Assembly: GCA_049588915.1 (NCBI GenBank)
Contig: JBAVZU010000066.1
Coordinates: forward strand, 725-64,724
Direction of reading: 5' to 3'
Source: Candidatus Sulfotelmatobacter sp.
GTDB lineage: Bacteria; Acidobacteriota; Terriglobia; Terriglobales; Acidobacteriaceae
Length of the DNA stretch: 64,000 nt
The notes beneath the pieces are model-generated. The model did not search any database, was not told the origin of the DNA, and saw only the letters and a list, made by a program, of their open reading frames with translations. The translations under genes and the position numbers were made by a program. Positions within the stretch are counted from its first letter, which is position 1. Each line of letters begins with the position of its first letter. This document shows, in pieces, positions 8,690 to 17,427 of the stretch.

Positions 8690-10681
8690 TTATTCAATTT
8701 TGTTGACCCCACCACTGAACACAATCGGTTGCACAGCCGCTGGGGCGGCAAGTGAAAGAATTGGCGATTGCGAGGTGTCGATCATGCCATCGATGTTCAA
8801 AGACAAACTTCCTTTAGACTTGATACTGATCGTGGCTCCGCTGCCATGGCCGCCCGTCGTGCTGAGGTCGTTGGCAATTGTATAGCCGGTGCCCGGATTC
8901 AGCAGTACCGCTCTGGTAATCGCTCCTGATCCGTTGACAGCGAGAACCTGCAAAGATCCTCCGCTGGCGCCAGATTGCTTAACGGTAAGAACATCGTCTA
9001 CCCGGTACTTCTGTCCATCTGCAGCGGAAGAAAGTGTCCACTTGCCAGCGCATGAATCCGTAGCGTCTTGGTCCCGGGAGTTGATGAAGGATAGACCAAA
9101 TAAGTCCTCGATGCACTTCAATTCGGAGGCGAACTCGAACTGCGTGTGCGTGATCGTATTCTTGCAATAAGGTCCAATACAAATCAGCGGGACCCTAAAA
9201 CCAAGAGTTGGAAGGTTGTCGTTCGTCGGCGGAGGAACGTGATCGTAAAAACCGCCCCAGTCGTCCCACGTGAGCAGCACGATAGAGTGCGCATAGATAT
9301 AGGGATTGGTGAAGTAATTGTTCAAACGGCTTTGTGTCCAAGCTACCCCGCTCGCTAACGTTCCGTAACTAGGATGCTCGCTGAGGGTTTGATCAGTTGG
9401 ACTAAGATAAACGACTTTCGGCAAAGTACAGGCCCTGGAATCTGCTGGCGTTCCATCTGAGTCGATACAAGTATCGCCTGAACCGCATTGCGAATCCAGC
9501 GTACAGGCGTTTGCATGGTTGTTGCTGCACATCCCTGTGCACGCGGCCACGACGGTATCGAAGGCCGTGTCTTGATAGACATGATTCGCCCAGCGCGTGG
9601 GATTGAAATAGATGTTCTGGAAGTAGGCCGGAGCGAGCCAGCTGGGTTTATTGGTGGGCCCGTTGTTATTCGAGAAGTATCCCCAGGATGTCGGTCCGGA
9701 GCCTAGTACGGCCTCTATCCGATCGGCTATCGTAGTCAATGTCAAGCAGGGCGCACCGGAATTTCCGCCAATGCTTTTGTTCGTCGAACAGGTATCACTC
9801 AGAGCTGTACAGCCGGGATCGGTGGAGCAGGATGCAGGCCTTGAGCACTTGGTTCCTGTGAGACATTTGCAAGTGCACGCTACGGTTTTGTTGCTAGTAC
9901 AGACTCCACCGTAATACTGCGTACCGTCCGATGCCTGCGTTGAGATCATGTCCCCGGTATAGGTATAGGGAGGCGTTGATCCGCTGTGAGCGGCCCCGCA
10001 GGTCCAGGAATTGTAAAACCCCCCATGATTGCCCGGATTGCTAGCCGACCCCGCCACAGTCGTGGTCGGGTTATCACTAATCTCATTTGAGGCAGCCGCA
10101 AACAAGTAGGCATGATTCGGTAGTGAGGGTCCGCCCATCGTGGAAAAATGATTGTCGGCTAGGCCGTAAGTCGAGATCAGTTGGTACAAATATGGAATCT
10201 GCGTCTGATCGTAGTAAGATAAGCCCACCGTCGATGGCCAATTCATTGAGCCGTCGGAAAGTTGCTCGATAAACGACGCCTGCGAATGGCTGATATCGCT
10301 GTAGGTTGTCGCGGAATTTTGTAAGTTCAAATTGGTCGGAGTATTAGACTGCTTGCCTATGGTGATCTGCGGGCAGATATCGCCAGTCGTACACTCTGGA
10401 CCGTTTGGTGTGGTGCATTGCAGAGGTTCGCACCAGCCGCCGTTCGCGCAAACATCATGTGTTCCCACCGTCGTGCACGATGTGCTTTGGTTCGTCGTGC
10501 AACGCAGCGGAGAGTGCCCGCCTGAACAGTAGCTCTGCACGCCGGGAAAGGTGCCAAATAGTTCATCAGTCGAACGGTTCTCCTTGATGACGAGGATAAA
10601 ATGGTCGATCGACTGCGCCGAGCACAGAAGCGAGAGGAGAAGTGTTGCGACGAGACAACTAATCTTTATCAGCCACCGCAT
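8690..10681 (-). CDS. Secreted phosphoesterase-family enzyme (phospholipase C / acid phosphatase AcpA type) with cysteine-rich insertions
   Basis: ATG at 10681 with GGAGGAAAT immediately upstream. Signal peptide MRWLIKISCLVATLLLSLLCSAQS. Family motifs IDHFILVIKENRSTDELFG and LLTWDDWGGFYDHVPPP. The longer listed ORF (to 10816) lacks a signal peptide at its N-terminus. Confidence 0.8.
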   Translation of the reverse strand: MRWLIKISCLVATLLLSLLCSAQSIDHFILVIKENRSTDELFGTFPGVQSYCSGGHSPLRCTTNQSTSCTTVGTHDVCANGGWCEPLQCTTPNGPECTTGDICPQITIGKQSNTPTNLNLQNSATTYSDISHSQASFIEQLSDGSMNWPSTVGLSYYDQTQIPYLYQLISTYGLADNHFSTMGGPSLPNHAYLFAAASNEISDNPTTTVAGSASNPGNHGGFYNSWTCGAAHSGSTPPYTYTGDMISTQASDGTQYYGGVCTSNKTVACTCKCLTGTKCSRPASCSTDPGCTALSDTCSTNKSIGGNSGAPCLTLTTIADRIEAVLGSGPTSWGYFSNNNGPTNKPSWLAPAYFQNIYFNPTRWANHVYQDTAFDTVVAACTGMCSNNHANACTLDSQCGSGDTCIDSDGTPADSRACTLPKVVYLSPTDQTLSEHPSYGTLASGVAWTQSRLNNYFTNPYIYAHSIVLLTWDDWGGFYDHVPPPTNDNLPTLGFRVPLICIGPYCKNTITHTQFEFASELKCIEDLFGLSFINSRDQDATDSCAGKWTLSSAADGQKYRVDDVLTVKQSGASGGSLQVLAVNGSGAITRAVLLNPGTGYTIANDLSTTGGHGSGATISIKSKGSLSLNIDGMIDTSQSPILSLAAPAAVQPIVFSGGVNKIE

Positions 10682-10967
10682 ATTTCCTCCAGAATTTCCA
10701 CCAATGCTTATGCGGTTTGTCCGTCGCTGCCCCTTCATCTCCATCCGTGTCGAAAGGATCAACTCCAGGAGACACGACAGGAACGGTAAGCACCGGCTGC
10801 TTAGTAACCGGATCAACCACTACGCAGACCTGTACCATCTGGCCCTGGTATGGAACATCCCACATCTCTGTGCCCTTGACGCAAGTGCGCTGGGCAAATT
10901 GCGACTGAATGGGGCGACGATAACAACCAACTGTAACCAGTAACAGTCCGACCATCACGCACTTCAT
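10659..10967 (-). CDS. Small putative lipoprotein, first gene of the phosphoesterase operon
   Basis: MKCVMVGLLLVTVGC is a lipobox-like signal. The 3' end overlaps the phosphoesterase start by 23 nt. No clear SD and no family recognised. Confidence 0.4.
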   Translation of the reverse strand: MKCVMVGLLLVTVGCYRRPIQSQFAQRTCVKGTEMWDVPYQGQMVQVCVVVDPVTKQPVLTVPVVSPGVDPFDTDGDEGAATDKPHKHWWKFWRKYAVADKD

Positions 10968-11042
10968 TGGGAATCTTGTCTTAGTTCAAGAACGCTCGGG
11001 ATTTTACCCCATTTAGCCTGTTCTCGATGGTGAAACATTTCA

Positions 11043-11064
11043 ATTGTCATAGAATTTTCACAAA
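11043..11064 (+). promoter_or_regulatory. Pho-box-like pair of 11-bp direct repeats (ATTGTCATAGA ATTTTCACAAA)
   Basis: The two 11-mers match at 8 of 11 positions. The first resembles the E. coli PhoB half-site CTGTCATA. The site lies about 80-95 nt upstream of the lipoprotein/phosphoesterase operon but reads on the opposite strand. Confidence 0.2.
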
Positions 11065-11131
11065 GTGCACTCCAGCAAGCCGAGAAGCGTAAAACTCGGC
11101 ACAGGCTGTAAAACCTCAAGGCCAAGACGTC

Positions 11132-11190
11132 TTCATGACCGTAAGATTACAAAGCGATGACTTATGATTGTTGTGATTGACGAGCCCAAC
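11132..11190 (+). repeat. Copy A of a duplicated 59-nt intergenic element
   Basis: 51 of 59 positions are identical to 12154-12212 by ungapped hand alignment. Contains the mini-ORF ATG ACC GTA AGA TTA CAA AGC GAT GAC TTA TGA. Confidence 0.85.
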
Positions 11191-11336
11191 AACTATCTGG
11201 ATTGCCGCAGGCACCCGATGGCCTCCCAGCACCGAGAGCCGCGATAACAGATGCTATGTTGCGGTGCAGCGTGACAAGGGTTACACCCTCACTTCTGCAC
11301 CTCGCGTTGGCAATCATAGCTTTCTTCAGAGGTTCG

Positions 11337-11777
11337 CTAATTGTCGTGACCAACCAGGTTCGCTGAGAGATACGGGGATGATGACAGGAAACCGCCAATT
11401 TGCAGCTCCATTGGGCGGCCTGCCGTTCCCTGGAGATTGAGCCCGCAGACCTGAAATTGTCCTCCGCCAACCGTATAGTCAGGCTGAGGCAACTCTATGT
11501 CCAGCAAGACGGTGCTGGGCGACGTCGTGGAAGATCCATCATAAAGCTTCACGGCGACCGGCCCCAAAGCGGTGGACCCGGGCGAATTGAGGGCTCCGGC
11601 GATGATACAGTCGGCGACATGTTGTACGCCTGCGACCGCTGGCCTGGTCGCGGAATCGTCGGCACTGCTGTGAACGTTGCTAAATATGGACCACTCTGCG
11701 GTTGTGGTCGCGGCGCGTACAGCTGGTGCGGATCCGAACTTGTAGCTAAAGAAGCAAGCGGCTAGGGTAATGAGCAC
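11337..11777 (-). CDS. Hypothetical small secreted protein
   Basis: GTG start. The hydrophobic N-terminus LITLAACFFSYKFGSAPAVRA is followed by a T/S/G-rich beta-type sequence. Plus-strand ORFs over the same DNA are R-rich and look like antisense. The start is problematic; see the finding at 11777-11815. Confidence 0.5.
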   Translation of the reverse strand: MLITLAACFFSYKFGSAPAVRAATTTAEWSIFSNVHSSADDSATRPAVAGVQHVADCIIAGALNSPGSTALGPVAVKLYDGSSTTSPSTVLLDIELPQPDYTVGGGQFQVCGLNLQGTAGRPMELQIGGFLSSSPYLSANLVGHDN

Positions 11778-12153
11778 GAAGACTGGGACTATTGTTGTTC
11801 ACAGTTTTACTCTCCTAAGTTTATTTGAGTTTGGGGAAACGCCGACTCTACTGGTCGCACCAACTATGGAGGAAGCCCGTTACGCAGGCATGATGCGATC
11901 ATTAAATTTCGAATATTTTTCAGCCTATTTCCTTTTCGACTTCAAACGCTCCGTGCGCGCAACCTATAGCGATCAAGGAAGATACACGTCTGCTCGGATC
12001 TTAGCCCTCCACCCGTTTCACTATGGCGCGGACAAAGAACATTGTTCATCGTCTTCGCTTTTTTTCCTGATTTGACTCTAATGAATTGGATCTCAGTCTC
12101 GATCGCCAGATCGTGCGGGAGATCGTGTCAGAAAGCCTGAAGGACATGAAGTT

Positions 12154-12212
12154 TTCATGACCATAAGATTAAAAAGCGATGAATTAAGATCGGTTTGATT
12201 GACAAGCCCAAC
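12154..12212 (+). repeat. Copy B of the duplicated 59-nt intergenic element
   Basis: See copy A. The mini-ORF here reads MTIRLKSDELRSV. It lies about 145 nt upstream of the ATG at 12358. Confidence 0.85.
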
Positions 12213-12357
12213 CGGCATGATATTGTGCCGTCAAGTGGCCATTACCCTCTGTTGTTAGAGCAATAAGTGTCGACACTGCCCGCAAGTATTTGAAGAATTG
12301 AGTCCTGTCGTTGAAACAAGACTTACTGCCTTGCCCACCATTGAGGCCAGTAACGAT

Positions 12358-13968
12358 ATGAAATATTTCGAAATCCTGATTGTTTTAGTGCTGGCGATTG
12401 TTCCCCGCCTGAGCGCGACGTTAACCCCGACAACCAGTGTGCTTTCGTCATGGCTCAATCCATCCGCCTACGGGCAGGTGGTGAACTTTAGCGCAGTTGT
12501 CACCTCAGATCTGGGGACACCCCCGGATGGGGAAATGGTCACCCTCGAGCAAGGATCGAAAATACTGGGGAAGGCGCCCTTGAGTGCCGGCACGGCGATT
12601 TTCATGATCGCCACGCTAACGAGGGGCGCGGACGATATCAAAGCGATCTATCCCGGCGATTCGAATTTTGCGAAGAGCACTTCGAACGTTGTGGAAGAAA
12701 TCGTAGACAAGGCCCCGACATCGACCACCTTGGCATCGTCCGAGAATCCGTCAAATGTTGGGCAGGCGGTGACTCTTACTGCTATCGTGACGCCACAATA
12801 CAGTGGCACGGCCACCGGAACCGTGACCTTTAACAGCGGAAATAAGAAGCTCGGGACTGTGACGCTTTCCCGCGGCGTCGCCACGATTAAGACGAGTGGG
12901 TTAGCGGTCGGTTCCGATTCAATCACAGCCGTCTATAACGGAAGCAATACGTGCTTCGACAGCAACACTGGACTTACCCAAACCGTGGGCGCAGGGGCGT
13001 TCACATATCCCACCATGACCTGGAACGGCATCACGCGTTATTACGAAGTTTTTGTGCCGACGGTTCTGGCTGCGAATCCTGCCATGCTTTTGATGCTGCA
13101 TGGCACGAGGATTACCCCTTCCACCGGTTCTGACCCAACGCCTGTCATCACATTGAACTGGGGCTGGCAAAGCTACGCCAACCGGTACGAATTTATCCTG
13201 GTGCAGCCCGCCTCGACGTTTGACCCGTCATCGAATCAGTGGAACTGGAATTCGTTTTGCATGGACGGAACAACATTGTGCAATCCGTACGGAGCCAATG
13301 GAGGAGCATTTTCCTACGCGGAGGATTGTGGCTCAGCGGACGGGGAATGCCCCGACGATATCGGCTTCCTGGGAAACTTGATCACAACTCTAACTGCTCA
13401 GTACGGCGTGAATCCGAATACCATTTACGTTACGGGCTTCTCCGCGGGCGCGCAGATGACCGAACGTGTCGGTGTGGAACTCTCCGGCCTGGTGGCGGCA
13501 ATTGCTCCGGTTTCGGGTCCGCTGGTCAATGCGCAAGGGACCGTTCCTCCGCCATTGCCTCTGCCAACCTCCGTCCCGTCTCCGTTTCCGCCCATTTCCG
13601 TCATGGAGTGGCAAGGTACCAAGGATGAAAATTTGTGGCCCTGCGACTATGGCACAACCAACTACTCAAATGTAGTTTTCACTGTGGGCACGGTGGATGA
13701 CACTTTCAACTACTGGGTGCAACAGGATCAATGCAGTACGGTCGAAACCACGCAGACCCTGTGTTTGAATGGTTCGCCCAACAACGCGAGCGATTATCCA
13801 TCTCCGGGTATTCCGGGCGATACTGGTAACCTTGCTACCGGCTGCGCGGTCCCTCCCGGAGGCCAAAACATTGAAGTGCAATTTGTTTGGGAACCGGGCA
13901 TCGCCCACACCTGGAATGAGAACAACATTCCCTACATCTGGAGTTTCTTGTCCGCTCAACAGAAGTGA
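12358..13968 (+). CDS. Secreted protein with Ig-like (Big_3_5-type) repeats and a C-terminal PHB-depolymerase/LpqC-family esterase domain
   Basis: ATG 12358 with signal/anchor MKYFEILIVLVLAIVPRLSA. Repeated blocks of roughly 90 aa (..A.Y.GD.NF..S.S..) are followed by an alpha/beta-hydrolase part with LMLHGT and the nucleophile elbow GFSAGAQM. Confidence 0.75.
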   Translation: MKYFEILIVLVLAIVPRLSATLTPTTSVLSSWLNPSAYGQVVNFSAVVTSDLGTPPDGEMVTLEQGSKILGKAPLSAGTAIFMIATLTRGADDIKAIYPGDSNFAKSTSNVVEEIVDKAPTSTTLASSENPSNVGQAVTLTAIVTPQYSGTATGTVTFNSGNKKLGTVTLSRGVATIKTSGLAVGSDSITAVYNGSNTCFDSNTGLTQTVGAGAFTYPTMTWNGITRYYEVFVPTVLAANPAMLLMLHGTRITPSTGSDPTPVITLNWGWQSYANRYEFILVQPASTFDPSSNQWNWNSFCMDGTTLCNPYGANGGAFSYAEDCGSADGECPDDIGFLGNLITTLTAQYGVNPNTIYVTGFSAGAQMTERVGVELSGLVAAIAPVSGPLVNAQGTVPPPLPLPTSVPSPFPPISVMEWQGTKDENLWPCDYGTTNYSNVVFTVGTVDDTFNYWVQQDQCSTVETTQTLCLNGSPNNASDYPSPGIPGDTGNLATGCAVPPGGQNIEVQFVWEPGIAHTWNENNIPYIWSFLSAQQK

Positions 13969-14111
13969 GAAATGCGATCGCAGCGAGAAGACGTCGAATT
14001 CAATGGGCAGCAATGACAGATTGGAAAATGAATCGAAATTAAACCGAACCCTGAGGAAGATCAAACGTGGAAGTTGAGCGGGTGGCAGACAGCAGCGAAG
14101 TAATAATAAGG

Positions 14112-14354
14112 ATGAAGGAATTGACCAGCTATATCGCCGAAAAGGTGATCAAGGGTAAGAGTGAGATCACTGAGGACACCCCGCTGGTCTCTTCCGGTTT
14201 AGTCGATTCTTTCGCGTTGATCGGGATTTTCCTGGAACTGCAAAGGATCGCTAGTCGCAAGGTACCCGCCAGCAAGGTTCAGGTAAAAGACATGGATACG
14301 GTGCGGCTCATGTTTGCTACCGCCGAGCGGTTCGGAAAGCCAGTCAAGAATTAG
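14112..14354 (+). CDS. Stand-alone acyl/peptidyl carrier protein, DltC-like
   Basis: ATG 14112 follows AAGG. The product is 80 aa. The phosphopantetheine-serine motif GLVDSFALIGIFLELQ resembles the DltC-type DS(M/L)..V.L...LE. Confidence 0.7.
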   Translation: MKELTSYIAEKVIKGKSEITEDTPLVSSGLVDSFALIGIFLELQRIASRKVPASKVQVKDMDTVRLMFATAERFGKPVKN

Positions 14355-14404
14355 AGGGCAGATAGAAAGCACGCGCATGCCCAAACTCCTCTGGATGCGC
14401 CAAG

Positions 14405-16003
14405 TCACTGCGCCTGCTTCGCCAGCATCTCCGTAATTTTCCCCCGATCAATTTTGCCGTTCACATTCAGAGGAATCTGCGGAAAGTGGCAAAGGCGACT
14501 GGGAACCATGTACCGCGGCAGTCTGGTTTCACAAGCGGAAATGACTTCCTTGTCGCGCCCCGGGTCTGATCCCGACAACACGCCGACAATGCCGGAAGCC
14601 GAACCGTCCGATAGCGGCCACGGAATCGCAACCGCCAATTCGGTGCGTGCGGCTTCACGCAGTACCAGGTCAATCTCCGGCAACTCAACACGGTACCCAT
14701 TCACCTTCACCTGAAAGTCGCGGCGGCCGAGGTAATACAGGCAACCCCGTTCATCCTGCTGCACGAGATCGCCTGTGCGATACCAAAGCTGATCGCCTGT
14801 GTGCTTCAGGCGAACAAAGTTTCTTGCTGTCTTTTCAGCATCGTTCAGGTACCCGTGCGTGACCTGCGATCCGCCGAGGCACAACTCGCCGCTTTCGCCG
14901 GTCGGCACTGGCGCGAGATTCTCATCCACCGCGCACACCTGTTGTCCATCAAACGGCCAGCCGATGGGCACCAATCCGCGCACGCACTCCGAGGGCGAAG
15001 CTGCCGAATTCCACCGATACCAAGTGATCGCAATCGTCGTTTCAGTCGGCCCATAGAGATTTTCGAGAATCGAGTTGTTTGCCGCCTGCTGCCAAGCCTC
15101 TGCCAAGCTCGACGAAAGCGCTTCACCGCAAAACAGGCTCCACCGCAACGTCGGGAATGCTCTGGGTTCTAGTAGGCCTAGCTTCGACGCGAACATGGCC
15201 ACCGACGGCACCGAGAACCAGCACGTCAGTTGCTTTTCATCTATCAAAGTTGCCGGAGTGAGTGTCTTTTCGGGATAGGGGCAAAGCGTCGCGCCCGCAT
15301 CCCAACAGGTAAAGAGGTCATGCACGCCGAGATCAAAGGTGAGATCGAAGTTCTGCGAACAACGATCTTCAACATTCATGCCAAAGCGCTTCGCTGCATA
15401 CTCCATGTACGCCACGACGTTCGATTGGCTGACCGCCACTCCCTTAGGCACGCCCGTGCTGCCCGAAGTGAAGAGCAGATAAGCCGTATCGCTTCCGTCG
15501 ACAATCGGATCACAGGGATCAGCGATCTTCGACTCTGGGGCAGAGATGACGCGGTGCGCACACGAAAACGCGCGATCCGGTTCCCAGCCGGAATCCGGGA
15601 TGATTAGGGTTAGCGGCTGGTCGAATCGCGGAAGCAATGACGCCAGCATCGCGGCACACTCGCGGCTCACCACAACTGTCTTGCATTCCGAGGCGCGCAG
15701 CATGAGGAGAGTCCGCTCAAGAGGGAACTTGGGATTGAGAGGAACGTAGCCTCGTCCGCTGGCCAGCACCGCTAAGACTCCGCCATAGGCTGCTACACTG
15801 CGATCGGCAAGCACGGCAACTAGCTTTTCGGAGTGATCCAAACTCTCCGTGAGGCAAGTGGTGATTCTTCCCGCATAGTTCCACAGTTCCTCGTAACTCA
15901 GCAATTGCTCGCCAAGTTCGAGGGCCGACCTCCCGGGATTGGCGAGCAGGGACCGGAGGAAACCGCTGATCAAGCTTCTCGGTTTTTCTGATGGCGGATT
16001 CAT
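14405..16003 (-). CDS. Stand-alone adenylation enzyme (AMP-binding family, DltA/NRPS A-domain-like)
   Basis: Core motifs LFTSGSTGVPKGV, YGPTE, YRTGDL, GRRDFQVKVNGYRVELPEI and NGKIDR. Confidence 0.85.
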   Translation of the reverse strand: MNPPSEKPRSLISGFLRSLLANPGRSALELGEQLLSYEELWNYAGRITTCLTESLDHSEKLVAVLADRSVAAYGGVLAVLASGRGYVPLNPKFPLERTLLMLRASECKTVVVSRECAAMLASLLPRFDQPLTLIIPDSGWEPDRAFSCAHRVISAPESKIADPCDPIVDGSDTAYLLFTSGSTGVPKGVAVSQSNVVAYMEYAAKRFGMNVEDRCSQNFDLTFDLGVHDLFTCWDAGATLCPYPEKTLTPATLIDEKQLTCWFSVPSVAMFASKLGLLEPRAFPTLRWSLFCGEALSSSLAEAWQQAANNSILENLYGPTETTIAITWYRWNSAASPSECVRGLVPIGWPFDGQQVCAVDENLAPVPTGESGELCLGGSQVTHGYLNDAEKTARNFVRLKHTGDQLWYRTGDLVQQDERGCLYYLGRRDFQVKVNGYRVELPEIDLVLREAARTELAVAIPWPLSDGSASGIVGVLSGSDPGRDKEVISACETRLPRYMVPSRLCHFPQIPLNVNGKIDRGKITEMLAKQAQ

Positions 16004-17403
16004 CAGTTCCCAGGGTTCCGTTGGACCGGTTTGCTCGAATCGAACCGCTGTTCAGCATGAAGAGCGGCAACGGAATCCGAGGGCTTGTCCGTCGCGTGCG
16101 CTCTATGTTCCAGAATATCGTAGAGCCGATCGGCGACAATACGATCACCCTCGATGTTCAGGTGTGAGAGGCCGACATAGAGCGAACTCTTCTGGTCATC
16201 GAGGAGGTCCCCAAGATAATAGAAATCCGGGCGCTTGAGCTCGCGACCCTTCTGATAGACCGCCTGATACATCAGGTCCAGATTCGGGACCGTGCGAGAA
16301 TCCGTCTGCAACACCTGTTGCTCGGAGGGTGTCAGTTGCTTGTGCCCGACCAACAGATTGGGATACCACACGAAGATCGCGCGAAATCCATACTGCTTCG
16401 CCAGCAGGTTCACGATGCCCATGTTTTGCAGGTAGTTTTTCATCACCGCGGCGGGAAGCGTCTCCGTGTCGAGCACACGTTGCCTGTAGGGCTCAACATG
16501 AAACGGTTTTTTGACAGCAATCCTCTCCAGAAGGCGATAGGTATTGGTCTGGCTGAAGTAGGAGAAGCTTGCCTTCTCCGAAGCGCCCCAGTTGTCGAGA
16601 AAATCTCTAAAGGAGTTGTAGTTGCTGTGCACATCGGCGCGGCCGCTCTGATAGGCGGTAAACGCTTCGGTTCCACCATCGTAAAAAAGCACGACATCGG
16701 GTTTGCGGGCAGCGTGTTTGAGGTTCTCGATCAGTCCAACCATTTCCTGAGTGTTGGCCCAGCCTTTTTCCGCGTAATTCACAATGCAAACCGGCTTGCC
16801 TGCCTTTTCGTAGTCTAGCGCCACGAGTGAGGGGATACTATCTTCGTCTGGCGCGCCTGCGCTCCACATCACAGAATCTCCGAACATCCATATGGTGAAG
16901 GTCGTGTTGTCGCATCGGGTGTGAAGCGTCCGGCGAACTCCATCCTGATCGATGGCCAGCATCGCGCCCTGGTAAGGAGCATGGCGCCAAAGCACATACT
17001 GATGGTAGAGCACATGGTTCGCTTGCTCGAATTCTCTCCGGTACTCACGCTGCGTCGAGTTACCGTTTTCGGCAACATTGAAAGCAGGTTCCATGGCGTT
17101 CTGCGCCGCGGGAAGATATTGGCGGTACGAATAAAGCTCGACCGCGCCGAGCAGAATCACAGCCAGCGTCACAACAACGCAAAGGCGGATGGCGAAGTAC
17201 TTGAAGAGTGATGTGTAGTGCGTCGCGGGTGTTGGGCGACTCTTTAGGGTCGAATCACTCTTTGCTGGAACAAGCGGCGTCAACGGCACAAGTTGCTGAA
17301 CCTCGCGGTCGGTCGGAGTCTGATTGAATGCTAGCATAGTGCTTTGCCCTCTGAATCTTGCTCGCTCAGGATGACCGCGAGGATTTGTGCCCGACACTAT
17401 CAA
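16003..17403 (-). CDS. Membrane-anchored SGNH/GDSL-type protein, DltD-like candidate
   Basis: N-terminal TM segment YFAIRLCVVVTLAVILLGAV and the motif MFGDSVMWSAG (GDS block). It lies between the MBOAT and adenylase genes. Its stop overlaps the adenylase start (TGATG). Confidence 0.6.
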   Translation of the reverse strand: MIVSGTNPRGHPERARFRGQSTMLAFNQTPTDREVQQLVPLTPLVPAKSDSTLKSRPTPATHYTSLFKYFAIRLCVVVTLAVILLGAVELYSYRQYLPAAQNAMEPAFNVAENGNSTQREYRREFEQANHVLYHQYVLWRHAPYQGAMLAIDQDGVRRTLHTRCDNTTFTIWMFGDSVMWSAGAPDEDSIPSLVALDYEKAGKPVCIVNYAEKGWANTQEMVGLIENLKHAARKPDVVLFYDGGTEAFTAYQSGRADVHSNYNSFRDFLDNWGASEKASFSYFSQTNTYRLLERIAVKKPFHVEPYRQRVLDTETLPAAVMKNYLQNMGIVNLLAKQYGFRAIFVWYPNLLVGHKQLTPSEQQVLQTDSRTVPNLDLMYQAVYQKGRELKRPDFYYLGDLLDDQKSSLYVGLSHLNIEGDRIVADRLYDILEHRAHATDKPSDSVAALHAEQRFDSSKPVQRNPGN

Positions 17404-17427
17404 ACCGCCTAGTTGTTAGGTCGCAGT

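Noticed and set aside
11770-12075. 101-aa plus-strand ORF in the AT-rich intergenic region
   Set aside because: The composition is odd (F/S/L-rich) and there is no SD or motif. The region is better described as non-coding DNA containing the 59-nt element further downstream.
14355-14404. Possible bidirectional terminator between the carrier gene and the adenylase gene (GCGCAT..ATGCGC)
   Set aside because: The stem is only 6 bp with a 16-nt loop and no U-tract, which is too weak to call.
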